A DNA stretch of 64,000 bases from Pocillopora damicornis (Eukaryota), in assembly GCF_003704095.1 (NCBI RefSeq), contig NW_020846801.1:1-64000 (forward strand), written 5' to 3'. Shown piece by piece: positions 22,759 through 36,644 of the stretch. Made by a program: the position numbers and the translations under genes. Below the pieces are notes generated by a model. That model was not told the DNA's origin. It saw only the letters and a program-made list of their open reading frames with translations, and ran no database searches. Position 1 is the first letter of the stretch; every line of letters begins with the position of its first letter.

Positions 22759-24437
22759 GTGAGGTCCTTGTCTGATCTATTTTCAGATATGGATTGTAGG
22801 TGTATATTGGCTAATAGAATGACTTGTATGTCCAAATTTGGTCATGTTCGATCCCATTCTCACCGGTAACAACTTCATAGACTAGCGCTTTCCTCTTGAC
22901 CAAACAGACGCTGAACCAAAACATTGTGTTACATTGCTATTCGCGCTTTCCCGCGCTTGGGGTCGTTTGAACGTTTGTCCTTTGTTCGTTCTGATTGGCC
23001 AGTATGTTTGCCCTGGTTCTGGTTGTATTCAGTTCAAAAATGCTCTATTGGCGCTTTAACTCCTAGAAGNNNNNNNNNNNNNNNNNNNNNNNNNNNNNNN
23101 NNNNNNNNNNNNNNNNNNNNNNNNNNNNNNNNNNNNNNNNNNNNNNNNNNNNNNNNNNNNNNNNNNNNNAAGAAAAGGCGCAAAGTGCGCGGAGGAAAAA
23201 AATTTTATCACCCTCATGATAATGTTTATTTTCCCAAACTGTGAACTCTTTACTGTTTACTTCACAACGTCCAATCAGAGTGAAGGTGAATAAGGAACCA
23301 GTGAGAACTCAAAGAAAAAATCAAGCAAACGTTCAAAAGCGCGGGAAGACGAGAGTAACGTAGTTGTAATGGTTTTGATCAGCGTGATTTGATTGGTTGA
23401 GAGGGTGGCGCGGGTTTCCAGGAGTGTGAAGTAACTCCTAACCAAGGCTATGGCGGGTCACTTTCGTAAATCAATCAAAAATTGCTGTTAGGAAAGGTAA
23501 TTCTTACAACTGGAGAGCAATAATTCATGTAGCACATAATGAGAAGTCCAGGTTAATCCAACCAAGTATCTAAGGAATTGAATTGTGAACTCTACGCATT
23601 TAACCAACTTTTGTGTAACTGGAGTTAAAACAAACATCCTCAACCTCGGTAAATGAAATGTTGTTAGTATTCAACATGTTGGCGAAAGCAGCTGACAGAT
23701 TACCAGTTCAAATAATTTTATTTTTAAGCTGGTAGAAATCTCTTGAGTAATTAGTTCTTTCAGTATTTATAATTTTCAGTGGCCATTGGACCTCCTTCTT
23801 ATGAGGACTTGGAACACTAGACGAGTTTTTCTTCCTCAATGCGTAGCTTGTTTAGTTTATCTCTCATGTAATACGTGCGCTTTGATTGGTTAATTAAGCA
23901 AGCCGTACATCGCTTTGCAGCACGCTAGAATGTGAAGCTGATTTTGTTGCAAAAGAATCGATTGTTTTTTTTCTCTGATTTATTTTTCACTGCCGCGTAA
24001 TCCGAACTTTTTCTTCAAACCTATCAGACAAATTAGTAATATGATAAGCTTAATAGTATTACAGTTTCACTGCTACTAGAAACAGCAGCCTGGTAGCAGT
24101 GCTCTTTCAACTCAAAGATACAAAATAGATCATATATATTTTAGGGAAGAAGGAAAATTCTTGTATACTAGCTATAATAACTGGTAAAGATAGTTGTAAA
24201 TACCTATTTTTATAAAGTTTAGATATTGTCAATGGATTAAGTAAAAATGTCTGTTTTTTTTGTGCATTTAACAGTCTATTTGTGGCCTTGTTTTACTTAC
24301 TGTTTAAGCATTCCGTTATGGAGCCTTTCTCTCTTTTTTTGAAGCCTTTCATAACCAATGTTCTTTGTTCTTTATCTGATGAAATCCTCACCGGGTTTAG
24401 TCTCCTGCCTAATCACATGTGAGTGCAGTTATTTTAA

Positions 24438-24686
24438 GCAGGTAATTTAGTGTTAACAACTGAGTTGAAAACGTAAATTAGCCACCGTAAAGGGTAAAAA
24501 AGCTGACGTTCCGAGCGTTAGCCCTTCGTCAGAGCGATTGGAGATATTGTAAGGTGAAATTAGATGCTATTTGTACCCTTTACGGTGGCAAATTTACGTT
24601 TTCAACTCAGTTGTTAACACTAAATTACCTGCTATACTCTCCCACCGACGCTGCACTACAGTTTCTTTAGAAACTTACCCCCTTTA
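24438..24686. mobile_element. Non-autonomous Penelope-like insertion with an inverted pseudo-LTR
   Basis: 59-bp inverted repeat 24438-24496 / 24574-24632 (1 mismatch); flanking direct repeat tgcagttattttaa(g) at 24424 and 24687. Confidence 0.8.
24501..24537 (-). ncRNA. Minimal type I hammerhead ribozyme motif (core GAAA changed to GGAA)
   Basis: Minus strand reads TCGCT CTGACGA AGGGC TAAC GCTC GGAAC GTC AGCT. Confidence 0.7.
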
Positions 24687-24860
24687 TGCAGTTATTTTAA
24701 GGACTCTCTAGATCTTTACTGTGAACCCTCATCATCATCCTCATTCCCAGGCTCTCTCTCCTTTACCTCTCTTGACTTCTCTCCTCTCTCCTTGTCGAAA
24801 AAGATCGCAAAGTGGAAAGAGCCTCGGAACGAAATAGATCCATTGCCTCGTGTGAACGTT

Positions 24861-24901
24861 TATAAAAGCGCGCGCTATTGACGATCGTATTCATGACGTC
24901 A
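24861..24901 (+). promoter_or_regulatory. TATA box and palindromic CRE upstream of the unrecognised gene
   Basis: TATAAAAG at 24861; TGACGTCA at about 24894-24901. Confidence 0.5.
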
Positions 24902-25140
24902 CAAAAGAGGATAGAGAGTGTTGAGTACTTCAAGGTTGATGCAGATAAGCAAATACCATTTCTCGGTTCTAATCGAATTTACTGCTGTACTTTGTATTAT
25001 TCTAATCTACATGCGAAGTTTTTCTTGTGACGTAACTAATGAATGTATTTATCAAAAGATGTGATTTGTGTGACTGCTTCTAAAAACTTATTTCCAGTTT
25101 ACAATTCATTTGTGTTATAAATTTAGTGAGGAACCCAGGC

Positions 25141-26468
25141 ATGGAGGAAAGTTCGCAATCGGATAAAGAATTTGAGTGGGATCATCTCAATATAGAAAAG
25201 AAGCATGAACTATGTGGTTAGTTCAGATATTTGGTCAGTTATGAAGGGTTTATTCCACATGGAGTTGATTAGTGGTAGAGCCATTTTTCTCATATTTTAT
25301 TATTTCTCTTTTGCAGTTCAGCTTCTAAAAAAGACGAAGCGCGAAAAATCTGTTCTGTTTGTAAAGAACAAAAACCTGAAAAATACGATCAAGAATATGG
25401 AGATTGAATTGTGTAAAATAAAGGACGCTTTGAGAGTAGAGGAATGCAAATTTCTTCAGCTGTATGAAAAGCTCAATACAAAAACGGTAATATGATAAAA
25501 TCTGCTGGTGTCCGCCCAACTTCGTTCTCGCGGCTGGGCATTCCATCCGTTTTCTTCAAACGCTGGTAAAACTAAATATGTTTATTCAATTTATGGCGAT
25601 GTTTTTCAGAGGGAAAGACTTGAATCGAAAGCTAGAGAGGAGAGACTCTCTGAGAGCGTGGACATTCTTCATTCTAGGTTGCAGAGAGAAATTTCCAGGC
25701 GAGAGCTTTTGGAGGAAAAAATCAAAATGGTAAGGGGACATCTCTGTAAAGGGTTCCAAGTTTTGAGCATGGAGCTAATTGAGGGTGGTAAAGAAGGATT
25801 CAGAGGGTGGGGAAGGGAGATGAGGGAAGGGGAGCCCCCCCCCCCCCGGATTTTTTACACCATTGCTCAACCACTAAACTCCCTTTTTGTGTATCGAGTC
25901 GCTTGGAACATGGCATCCCTTTCATATAAAAGCAGTGAAAACAGTGGATTCCATTCTATCGAATCTCGATGCAAGTTCTAATTACAAGTGAACAGCACAA
26001 GAGAATTGTGATGGTTTACATGCGAGTGTCTCAAAATATACCGCTAAACACAGGTAGTATTTCCCGACACTTATCGCGTATCTCAGTTGAGTGGGGAATT
26101 CCCTCATGGTACATAGCAGACATTTCCCGCGAGACTTTTGTAACCCCATGAATTTCTGAGTTGGCTTGTTTTAGACTTCAGGTTTGCTCTATTTTTGCCT
26201 TCTTGGAGTCTCACGAGAAGGAACTACTGGGAAGGAGCGCGGGCTCATTTTCCTGAACAGCAGACTGTAATCGAGTTCACCTTCACCTCAAAATTAAAAT
26301 TTCATACAGGAGTTTCTTCAATACTTCATTTTATTCATTTTTAAGGCTACACAGGAAAGGCCGTTGCTCGGAGTTGTTAGCCAACGATTAACTCAAGTAA
26401 CAAATGCACTGAGGCGAACGCTGGGAAGGAGACGGAATTCAGTTCGAGACGAAAATCATAGCACCTAA
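25141..26468 (+). CDS. Uncharacterised coiled-coil protein, 4 exons, 162 aa
   Basis: Exons 25141-25216, 25317-25486, 25610-25729, 26346-26468, with GT-AG sites and matching phases; E/K/R/L heptad pattern; AATAAA downstream. Confidence 0.75.
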
Positions 26469-26909
26469 CACCTTCTCTGTTGTTGTTTGTTTGTTTGTTT
26501 GTTTTTTTTTAATTTTATTATTATTGCTGACTAAGAACATTCATTACATATAAAATGACATCGACTTTATAACTGAATTTTCATCTTCATGACTCTTCGC
26601 GCTAAGCTAAGATATATCCTACAAAAATAATCTGGCAATTTATGGAAGGGTTTATCATCTTTCTTTTTTAGTTATCGAATTAAAACAGGAGTCCATTAAA
26701 AATGCTATGAATAAAATTTATAATATTAGTAATTCATTGTAAATGGTATCAGCTGTTTAAAATTGTTAAGGTTTTTTTTCGTTTAAGAAGTCATTACAAT
26801 TCTTTTTTATTTTCATCTGAAAATAAAAAGCCACGCTATTAAACATGACGTTTCGGCGACACCATTTCACCATTATGACAATTTGTTTCTAACATGAAAA
26901 ATTCGATTA

Positions 26910-26935
26910 TACTAATAAATTTATTAAACAATTAC

Positions 26936-26966
<31 letters not shown>

Positions 26967-27195
26967 GCTATAAGCAATCACGTATCCAAAAAGCGTGAAT
27001 GGAATAATTGTTTTACTAAATTCTATTAAATCCTGAACGTTTGGACACTTGGAGCTTTTTTCAAGCTCCGCAACAGTTGGCCCAATGCATTTCCGTGAAA
27101 GGTGATTGGGAATATGAGCTGATAACCGGAGTTGAGTGAACCAATCAGAACACCATAAATGCAATATTCAGAGTTGAAAACCTAATAAATATATC
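26910..27195. mobile_element. Dispersed palindrome-rich non-autonomous repeat
   Basis: attaaacaatta.tcc..gagcgcgcgttggatatgag ... tatccaaaagcgtgaatggaataattgttt; an element with similar architecture lies at about 42685-43020. Confidence 0.5.
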
Positions 27196-27897
27196 AGGTG
27201 ATTAAGACAAGGAAGATCTTAAGGAAAATTGTAAACGCCGGGGCCGCTGAAATTTGCCTATATCTTTGCTCCCATATTCCTGACATAACTCGCCATAAAT
27301 CTATAAACGTCTCTAAGAGAATAAAAACTCTTGAAGTCTCTGAAACTTTTGATCCACTTTGATCCCTACTGAAAGGAACACAACACTTGAGTGAAAGTGC
27401 TTTAATGATTTGCAGGCCTCAGGATATATTAAATTTTATTGTGTCAATTTTGTCTATCGGGTTATTTTCGCAAAGTATGAGTGACCGATCAAATTTAATC
27501 CTTCATCTTGCAATTCTGTGATTTTCCTTTTTCTTTCATGGAGTATTTATGCATCCATTATCCTTTTAAGTCGATCATGCAACCCATTGGCGGAGTGGTA
27601 GCATTACGCCGTGGCATAGAAAATCGAGAAAGATTTTGGAGTACCTATATGAACATGGCTGTCTCACTGACTAAACTTAAAATATCTTCATCCCGGTCTT
27701 CCTTTCTGAAACTGTCTTGTTTGCACGTCTCGGAGCTATTTCGCATTTCATTTCCGTTTCATTATAATAGTTCATAGATACATTATTTTTAATAATCTAC
27801 GTGAGTAACATCCGACAGAATTCTACCCGGCCCAGCCCTATTGGCGAGAAAAAAAAACCCAGTCTTCATTATTGCCACAAAGTGCGCGGATCTCAAA

Positions 27898-30800
27898 ATG
27901 GCGGTGCTAGTCGAAGGTTCGTGTGAACGTTATTGATCAATGCTTATGTGTTTTTCAAGGTGTTAAACGAAATTTTGCTTCATGCAGAAAACCGTTTAGT
28001 GTGTGACGACAGTCGTGAATGCTTAGTGTGTTGTGGAGTCGTTAAAGAACCTTTTATAAGATGCCGGCAGTGCAGGCCTGCAGTGGATATATGTTTAGAG
28101 GTTTGTTTTCTCTTCTAACTGCAACGTTCCTGCGCCGTTTCTAATTCAACACAAAACACAAACTCTCTGAAAAATGCATGTTTTTAATAAAATTTTGAAC
28201 TTTGAAATTCTCAACTCGCGCTTTTACTCCTTCTCCCTTGTTGTCGTAGTGGTGTTAAAATTGCAGCCGCATCAGCTGAGTCTTCATAAGGAGAAAGAGC
28301 AAAATTGGACGAGAACACATGTGTTGGCATCGCACTCTGTTTTTTTCCCCTAACATGCCTGTTGAATGTTCCAATTTTTTAGTGTTTTTCCAGAGGAGCT
28401 GAAGACAAGGAACACCATAGTGATCACAGTTATGAAATAATAGTAAGTAATTTAGAAGACATTTGAAGGGCAAATGTTGAATCTCATGTCTCACGTGATC
28501 TGTGAATAAATCGTAAGTTGCTTCAGACTGTTTTCGTTCTTTTCCTGTTTCCGCATCATTTCAATTAGGCTTGACTACTAGTTCTGTCTGGAAAGTGAGC
28601 CCTTCAAATAGTCTAAAAAAATGATGACAAATAAGAAAAAGCTTGAAAAGCACGTTCTTAGTAAGTTTCCTATCTCAGGGGTACATCTGCAAGTAATTAC
28701 AATTTATCAATTATGTAAACAAAAAGGACACAAAAATCCATTTTTTTTGCCAAATTCTCAGACAAGAAACATTTGAACCACAATACAATTATTTCATTTT
28801 GAGGCACACAGAATGTTACTTCATCTTTCAAGGAAATTGTTAATTTGGTCTTATTCATTTGCAGAGCAACAATTTTCCAGTTTTGGAGAAGAATTGGAGT
28901 GCTCAAGAGGAGTTTGACCTTTTGAATAGTATCTCTGATTGTGGCTTTCAAAACTGGTGAGCTACTTACAGATTTTCAAAATGTATTGTGTCTTGTAAAG
29001 AGGTCTTTAAGAGTATAGTTTGTTGTGTGAAGGTAAAGCTGACAACTCAAAATTTTTTTACTGTCTCAGGACAGAGGTTGCCAAGCAAGTTCAAAGCAAA
29101 ACAGAAGAAGGTAAATGTATTTGTGATTTTTGTTTGATGGTTTGCATTTGAAACAATGATCACACAACTAATGTTTCCCTAAAACATTTTTTGTCATTAT
29201 TTTGACATGATTTCATGATTAGAGAAAAATTCCATACAGTTTGTCAGGTGGCCATAGTGAAATTATTATGACTAAAGTTAATTGTTTTAAAGGAAAGCAA
29301 ACCCTTCTCAAAATTCATGTTATATGGTGTATTAACTCTTTACACCCTGAGATCAGCTTTCATATTCTCCATACTGTTCTCTATATATTTCCTATGGTAA
29401 TGACAAGGAGAATTTGTTTGATGATCAGGAGCTTCTTGAATTAGTGATCATTTCCTATGTTCTCATCACCTTTATGTTCAATTCATGGGTGAGACTGTAA
29501 GGAGAAATTAGAAGCCAGTCATTCTTATGGGTTACAAGGTTAATGGCAAATGTTTATTCAAGTAAAAACAGTGATCAGAAGATTCTCTGTTTTTTATTGA
29601 TCAGATCGTCTACTTCTGTTGAAGTTATGTACTTAAGGTAACTTGATATCAGCCTGATAGTTGGTGATGTTTGCAGTAGATGTTTACTAAGTAAACTGAT
29701 GCCTGTAAATCAGCATCTAGTTGTCACTTGATTTATCTCAATGTTATCTTTCAGAATGTGAGGAACATTACATAAGATGTTATATCGATAAACCTTGTGA
29801 GGCTCTTCAGATTTCAGGTAAGCTACTGACATCAATGCTTTTATGTCACAAGTTTTAAGCACAAAAAGTACTGAAATTAGTAAAGGCAGGGAGTGGTTCC
29901 AGTAAGAAACAAGAAAAATTTATTCTAAGTACTTCTGTTCACAAATGTATACAAATTATGCTGATTCCCAAAACTCAGCTACTGTTCTAGGTGAGTATAA
30001 AACATTTTTTTCCACATTTTTATTACTGATGTTGATGTGGTTTGCTTTTTAGAACTGAGGCCTGTTGCTACCTGCACAACATTGCCATCCACAGCAGGCA
30101 TTCTGTTTAAGGGTAAGTACTGAATCATTTACTTCTTAACCCAAGAAACTGAAGGCTGTGACCACACTTTATCGACCAAATTGTACCAACATTTTTGCTT
30201 CTTCAGCAAACGCTGAGTGGATAGAGAATGATTTAAATTGATTCTACAGCCATGCTTGGAGTTTAGCATCTTTCTTGCTCTATTTACTCTGAGAATACGG
30301 TTGACATTGCTGATTTGAACAGTATGCAGGATATGCATCACATATGAACATAATAATGGCTTAGCTCATTACAGAGTTCTCTATAGCTTAGCATTTGAAC
30401 ATTGGAATATGGAAGCCAAAGGTCAAGGGTTTGATTCTTCTTGTGGACTCTTTGTTCCATGCTCATGATGAGATGATAAACATCTTTCTACAAGAAATGC
30501 TCCTTTTGGTATGTTCTGATATCACAGCTATGGAAGATCCTCCCCGTCCTCCAATGGATTCAGCAAGAAGTTTGGAAATGTCTGGTTACATGCCATGCAG
30601 GGGAGATTTTGATGTGGTAATGAGCTCAATTTTTTCTTTTGGAATGAAATTATAAATTTTGGGTTTGTGCCTTAACAGAGGGGCTGTGCCACAGATGATT
30701 ATGTTTGTCCTTGGGCAGCCTGTTTGACATGGCTTCCATGTAAGCTCTTAAGAGCTTGGTACATAAGATTACTGCAGCAAAAAGCCTTCAGGGACCTGAT

Positions 30801-33800
30801 AATTCTTAAAAAATTGGATTTAAAATTTAAAAAAATAGCTGGTTGGCCAGAAATATTCTAATATCTATTTCAAGGATTTTAAGAGGTGCAATTTACCTAA
30901 ATTTTTATTTTTAATTGAAGGACTCCAAACATTGTCTTTCACTTTTACATTCAGGAATATGATAACTACGCTGAAGTTGACATTAAAGATATTGAATTCA
31001 GTTCTTCTGATTCCGAACTTCTCAAAGGTTGGACATAATATGATATTTCATTTTTTATTATGGCCTTACTTGAAAATTATCGAAGTATGAATCTAAAGTT
31101 TGTGTTTGTTTAATTGTAGAACTCAAAATTGCTGCCATTGAAATATTTTTGTCAAGGCTACGGCAAAGATTCTACAGAAAAAGGTTAGTGAAGTTGCACT
31201 TTTTCTGAGGTTTACGGTCAAGTCGCCCGAAAGTTATCTCGCCCGACAAGAGGAAGAACGCGCGAGTCACGTACAGTTCGTGCGGCTGAAAAATGTGATA
31301 AAATTATGCCTGTTCTTCTGGCTAAGTGGTATATCTCTTGTTCTTTTTACAGAATTGTGAGAAAATACGGACTCATCAACATCCGGAAATGGCAAAGTAT
31401 GCGTCATGTGCGTCAGTTGTGATGTGATGTTAAGCTAGGTTTAAGGATGTTTATTTTTATGTCATGCTAAAACATTTTATCCTTCGATTTCTTTTTTCTT
31501 AGCCCTGGAGCGAAGACAGTCGAAAACAGAAAGGTACCTAAGAATCTTCTATTTTTAAATTGTAGGGAAGCTATAATTGACGTTGTAAAATGCGATAAAT
31601 AAATATGTAAAAAAAGACTCACGCCACCCTCTCGACCAATCAGAAGCAGAGCTAAATCCAATCACCACTTGGCGGCCAGCGTTTTCCCGCGCTTTCTCCC
31701 GCGCAGTTTGATTGGTTTCACTTTAAATTTCCATTGGCTCTTAAAGGTATTTTCCTCTGTTATGATCGGCCGTCGTGATTACTTTGGTTTTAGTGTTACG
31801 AAAAAATAAAAAAGCGCTCTTAGTCCATAAAGTCACTGTTTTAATTCACAGGGAACTTCGTGACAGCCTCAGACCTTTTGCTCGTCTTCATTCACCGGAT
31901 CAACATGAAATATTTGTCCAAGGATTACTAAGTAAGGACAAAAACTCGACATTTATTAACTTTTAAAAATTGCAGTATTTTGAGGTACTTGTACAAGTTG
32001 GAATCTACCTTGACGTCGAAAGAAAACGTCACAGTGATGGTTTTATTATGTAGGAAAAATAGCGTACATTAAAACAGGTTTTTGTAAATAAAGGAAAGAT
32101 AGTTGAGGGTTGTGCAAGATTAGTGCAGATTTGAAACATCAGAATTGAGGCATCTCCTTAAGGTACAGCTTAATGGAAGTTAAAACGACGTTATTGTCAG
32201 TTTCTGAGATAAAGAAAATGTTGCTTTTGCTTTTCCTTTAGTGGAATCTTTCCTGAAGAAAGAAGTTGTCAGTTTACAAGAATACAGATCCGCGGGCATT
32301 CGTACAAGAAAGGGTAGGAGACAGCTTTTTAACTCAGGAGATCAATTCCTCCAGAGAGCCATGTTGCAAGCAGTATTAGCCTCAACACTTTACGTGCACA
32401 TTTTCAACTATCTCTAACATATGGTCGCTGGTAAAATTTACGCCTTTTTGGCCTAGATCATTAGGTACTTTATTACGCAGCGCACTCTTTAGTGAAGTGC
32501 CTTATTTAACAGCGAGTTATGTTATTCGGCGTTTTATTTCCACTGCGACAGACACGTGACAATGTGAATTTGCGCGTGGCTCACTACGAGTTTAATTATC
32601 AGACCTCAATTTCGTTCCCAGGATCCCTTTCTCTCTCCCTTGCGCAAGAAAGAATTGGAGCTTGGGAACCAGGTAGAGAAAACCTTAGACAAAGCGTTTC
32701 ATCATAAAACTTGGGTTTCCTCGTTAACTTTTATTTAGGAGCAGAGGTGTATGAGCGACTGAACAGGCGTCGTGAAGAAGACAAATCTCGGAGAAAAATG
32801 CTGGATGATATTCTGGCCAATATCCAGGTAAAGCTCCAGAAGTGACTTGAAACTTTCTCCAGAAATGAGGAACTTGTTTAAATTTAAACAGCCGTTTGAT
32901 TTTCACGCCGCAATCTTGATTTATAAGTTGAAAGGCGTTTGCTGTGCGCAATTTATCATACAATGTGGCGAAATGAAGGGTCACGTAACAGTACCTCAAA
33001 TCCCGGCATTTTGCCCTACGGCACAGACTGTCACGGTTTGTCACGTCACGTCACGGCATGGCACGTTACCCCGCCGCAACTTAAGTCACGGCAAGTTGCC
33101 ATACGGTACGTTGCCCAGCGGCATGTCATGGCAAGTCACATCACGGCACGTTTCCCTATTGCACGGCACGTCACCGCACGGCACGTTTCCTCACGGCAAT
33201 ATGTGTCACCACCTGCGGCGTTTGGTAATTCATCCAAAAATTTATTTTATTTTTTAAACTTGTGCTACTGTACACTTGTTGTTAAAGCGTATTCAGCTCT
33301 TGTCAGAATTGTTACGAGAGGAACTTCACACTCCGTGAAGTTCTCGCAGCGTTCGTGAGGTTATGACTTCAAGCGAACTCCTAACAGCATTCATGCCACT
33401 TTTTCTTCTTTAGGACGAAAAAGCCTGTCAAGTGTGGCTTCACAGACAGGCTCAAATGTAAGGTTATGTTCTGTTGTATAGTCTGCTACTCTGCTAACTC
33501 ACTCCTTTTAAGTCAATCAGTTAGGTCGGTCGATCGGTTCGGTCATTCAGTCAGTCAGTGAGACATTCAGTCAGGTAGCGATCAGGCAGTGGTCATACAG
33601 TTGCTAGTTGGTCAGTCGGTCTCTTGGTCAATGATATTTACCATCGTCGACCGGTCATTTTATCTCTTGGTTTGTCAAAATTCACTCATCAGGAGTGTCT
33701 GAAGGACGACACCAGTCCACGCGTTAGTACTGATCATTACTCAGCGTGCAGTGCAAGCTTCTATTTCCCCACCCCCTCACCTCCTCTTCCTTTTGACCGT

Positions 33801-35114
33801 CCCTAACCCTATTGGTACAAATTTCACCCTCTCCCTAGCCTTCTACTACTGTAAAAATCGTAGATGGCAGATGTAACTTTCACCAAGAAAATCCCGAGAA
33901 CTCGCTCGCCAAAATTACACCTGCGCTGTAAGCTAGTCTTGACTTATTAGCACTGTTAGTTGGAAAGGAAATTTCTCTCTTTATCTTTGCTTACTTTTGC
34001 CTGGGTCTAGTGCCTTAAAGTTAGTTCTTCAAAGTCGCCTTTGAAAGGCTTTGAAAGTAATAATCATGTTGGTTATGTAAATACTGTCTCACTTTGACTT
34101 ACCTTTGTAACACTTCTCATTGCAGAGATTCGGGGCAAAGCTTAGCGCCCATTCCACTGCCCAGCTTAGGTAGGTGACAGACTCAGAGTTTGCAAAGTTT
34201 GACTCGTATTCGCTGGGCTTAATTCATGCTCTATAGACCTCTAAAGAATTTCATACTCTCCTCTTCCTTTTCAACTTATTTTCGAGACATTGGTTTCGAA
34301 GTGAAGAAAAAACAATTAGGCATTTCCAAACATTTTTCGCTATTTCTCATGATCTCCACTCAACTTCCATGAAATTCTAGGAGTAGCCAAAAACTTCTCA
34401 CTTCCCATGACTTTCCAGCTTTTCCGTAACCTTTATCAACCATGGATTTTTTTTGTTTTGTAGAAGAAAAACTTCGAAATAGTCAATTACTGAGGAGCAA
34501 ATGATATAGAGACAGTCAACCTTAAATTTTAAGACTTGTTTGCTGANNNNNNNNNNNNNNNNNNNNNNNNNNNNNNNNNNNNNNNNNNNNNNNNNNNNNN
34601 NNNNNNNNNNNNNNNNNNNNNNNNNNNNNNNNNNNNNNNNNNNNNNNNNNNNNNNNNNNNNNNNNNNNNNNNNNNNNNNNNNNNNNNNNNNNNNNNNNNN
34701 NNNNNNNNNNNNNNNNAAAAAAAACCTGTAATATTCTTATAATCCCCGTTCATTAACAGTTAATTAGCAGTCAATTTTAATACTCTTCTGGCGACCATTG
34801 ATCCACCTACGATCCCCCTGGAATCCCCCCAAAATCTCTCACCCCATCAGCGATAAAAAATGACCGTTTACCAACACGATTACTTTCGACGCTTCATATT
34901 CTTTTCTTTTTGCCTCATTCAGTTGTGCAGTAATCTGAGGCTGTTACCACATGATTATCAGAGTTACAAGTCCAGTCTCATCAAAGAATACGAGAAACAA
35001 GGTTCATTACGACTCGCCCAAGCGCGCACTTTGATCCGCATTGACGTCAACAAGACAAGAAAGATGTACAACTTTTTTGTGGAGCAAGGCTGGGTTAAAC
35101 CGCCTGATAACTAG
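27898..35114 (+). CDS. TADA2A: Transcriptional adapter 2-alpha (ZZ finger, SANT, SWIRM); one exon probably in gap 34547-34716
   Basis: CLVCCGVVKEPFIRCRQC..ICLE|CFSRG..HHSDHSYEI; WSAQEEFDLLNSISDCGFQNW; GYMPCRGDFDV|EYDNYAE; LRPFARLH; LQEYRSAGI; last exon GSLRLAQARTLIRIDVNKTRKMYNFF. Confidence 0.95.
32985..33215. repeat. Degenerate pentamer microsatellite (CACGG/GTCAC) in a TADA2A intron
   Basis: tcacgtcacgtcacggcatggcacg... over about 200 bp. Confidence 0.75.
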
Positions 35115-36339
35115 ATCAGTCTGGAATAAAATGAAAATTTAAACCGACTGTAGTCCACGTATGGTTGTGCCTCGTTTCATTCCAAATTATGAGTCCTTGA
35201 CAACGCGAGGCGGCGAGTGGTCTGCAAGGGGTCTGGTACTGATACTTGTTAGTGCCAGATCCCCCTGTTGACCTCTCTCCAACCTTTCTCGAATCCTCCC
35301 GCGGGCGGGGGAACGCGCGTCCTGTGGCGCTAAATTATGTTATGACCTGCCTGCAGGCTAAATCTATGAAAATTTGACTGTGAATGAGGGTATTGTGTAT
35401 TTATGAGTCTAGTTCTCAAAGCATGACATGATTCTTGTGATTCCTTAGACTGACCCAAGGCAAGATGACCCCATGCATAAATACAGGATTTTTACGGCGC
35501 AGCCGGAAATCTGTCTCGGTATTCTGCGTTTTGTATGTGGTAAAACTTCACTTTTCTCGTGGGTTACTACACGCAAAATTTAAGCGAGGCTCTTTTTCAG
35601 CGAACTTAAGGGTTAGTCTCCCCTTCATCTCTGATATCTCTTGTACTCCGTTACAGAATTACCCAATTTTTAGTCAATTACATTTCGGCTATATTGATCT
35701 ATATTCCGGAAACCATACGGAGCTAAAAAAAAAACCTAAGCACGCTTAGTCCAAATCCAACGAATAATAATAGACTTCTTGGAATTTCCTCGTTGATTGA
35801 AGGTTTTCGTCGTTTCTAGAATTTGACGTGCTGTTTATTTTTCTCTATGTTTGGACAATAATTAAGGTCATGTGTTCACCTTGAAAGAAAGTGCTTATAT
35901 GAAATTTTGATGATGTTTCCTTTTCAAGGTAATCTCCCGCGTTCTCCAGAAAACACCTAGGTTTTTTTCTAAAGACTGAAAGCGGTGACTTGCAATGATG
36001 CTCAAGATTTCTTATATTCGACAGTAATTAAGTTCATTTGGAATTCTTTAATCCAGCAGATGAGGAAATGTAAGATTTTTCCGCTGAACTTTTGGAATTT
36101 TCCCAACTTTTTCAATAATACTTTAGTTTGCAAATATTTCGTTCCCCTTTGTGTTTTTGTTATTTCCAAAAATGTAGATTTCCGCTCATTAGCGCCAGTT
36201 TGAACCACACTTTTGAACATGCTATCATAGTAAAGATGATTATTGCATTTCTTAGAAATATAAACATCATTTTTGGCGAATTTCGACCAAAAAGCGCGTT
36301 ATTCTTGGTATGGGTGATTAGAAATTAGATTCTCAGTAC

Positions 36340-36354
36340 GTTCACCATGGTAAC
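36340..36354 (+). promoter_or_regulatory. RFX X-box upstream of CCDC74
   Basis: GTTCACCATGGTAAC; a likely 5'UTR donor G|GTAAGG lies at 36421. Confidence 0.65.
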
Positions 36355-36644
36355 GGTGTTTGGTAGTCATGCGTGCTTCGGTTCTTCGCCAAAGTTGGAC
36401 ATCTTTTGTGGTCGACGTTTGGTAAGGAAATAACACCAGGTTTATGCTACGATCTGGTTGGTTTTTACTTCAGCTGGATATTTTTGGTAAATGTAAATCC
36501 TCTACAGTGGTCAGAGAACATCTAGAAAAGGAAATGCTTCTTAGTTTGAACGCCATGCGTCTCAATGCGTCTGCACTTTTGGTCTTCAATCTCTAGCTAT
36601 TGGCTAACCCAAGTGCCTCCAAAGACGTGCTGATTTTAGCGGCG

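Noticed and set aside
32724-33358. ORFs of 106-139 aa in a TADA2A intron
   Set aside because: They arise largely from the stop-poor pentamer repeat.
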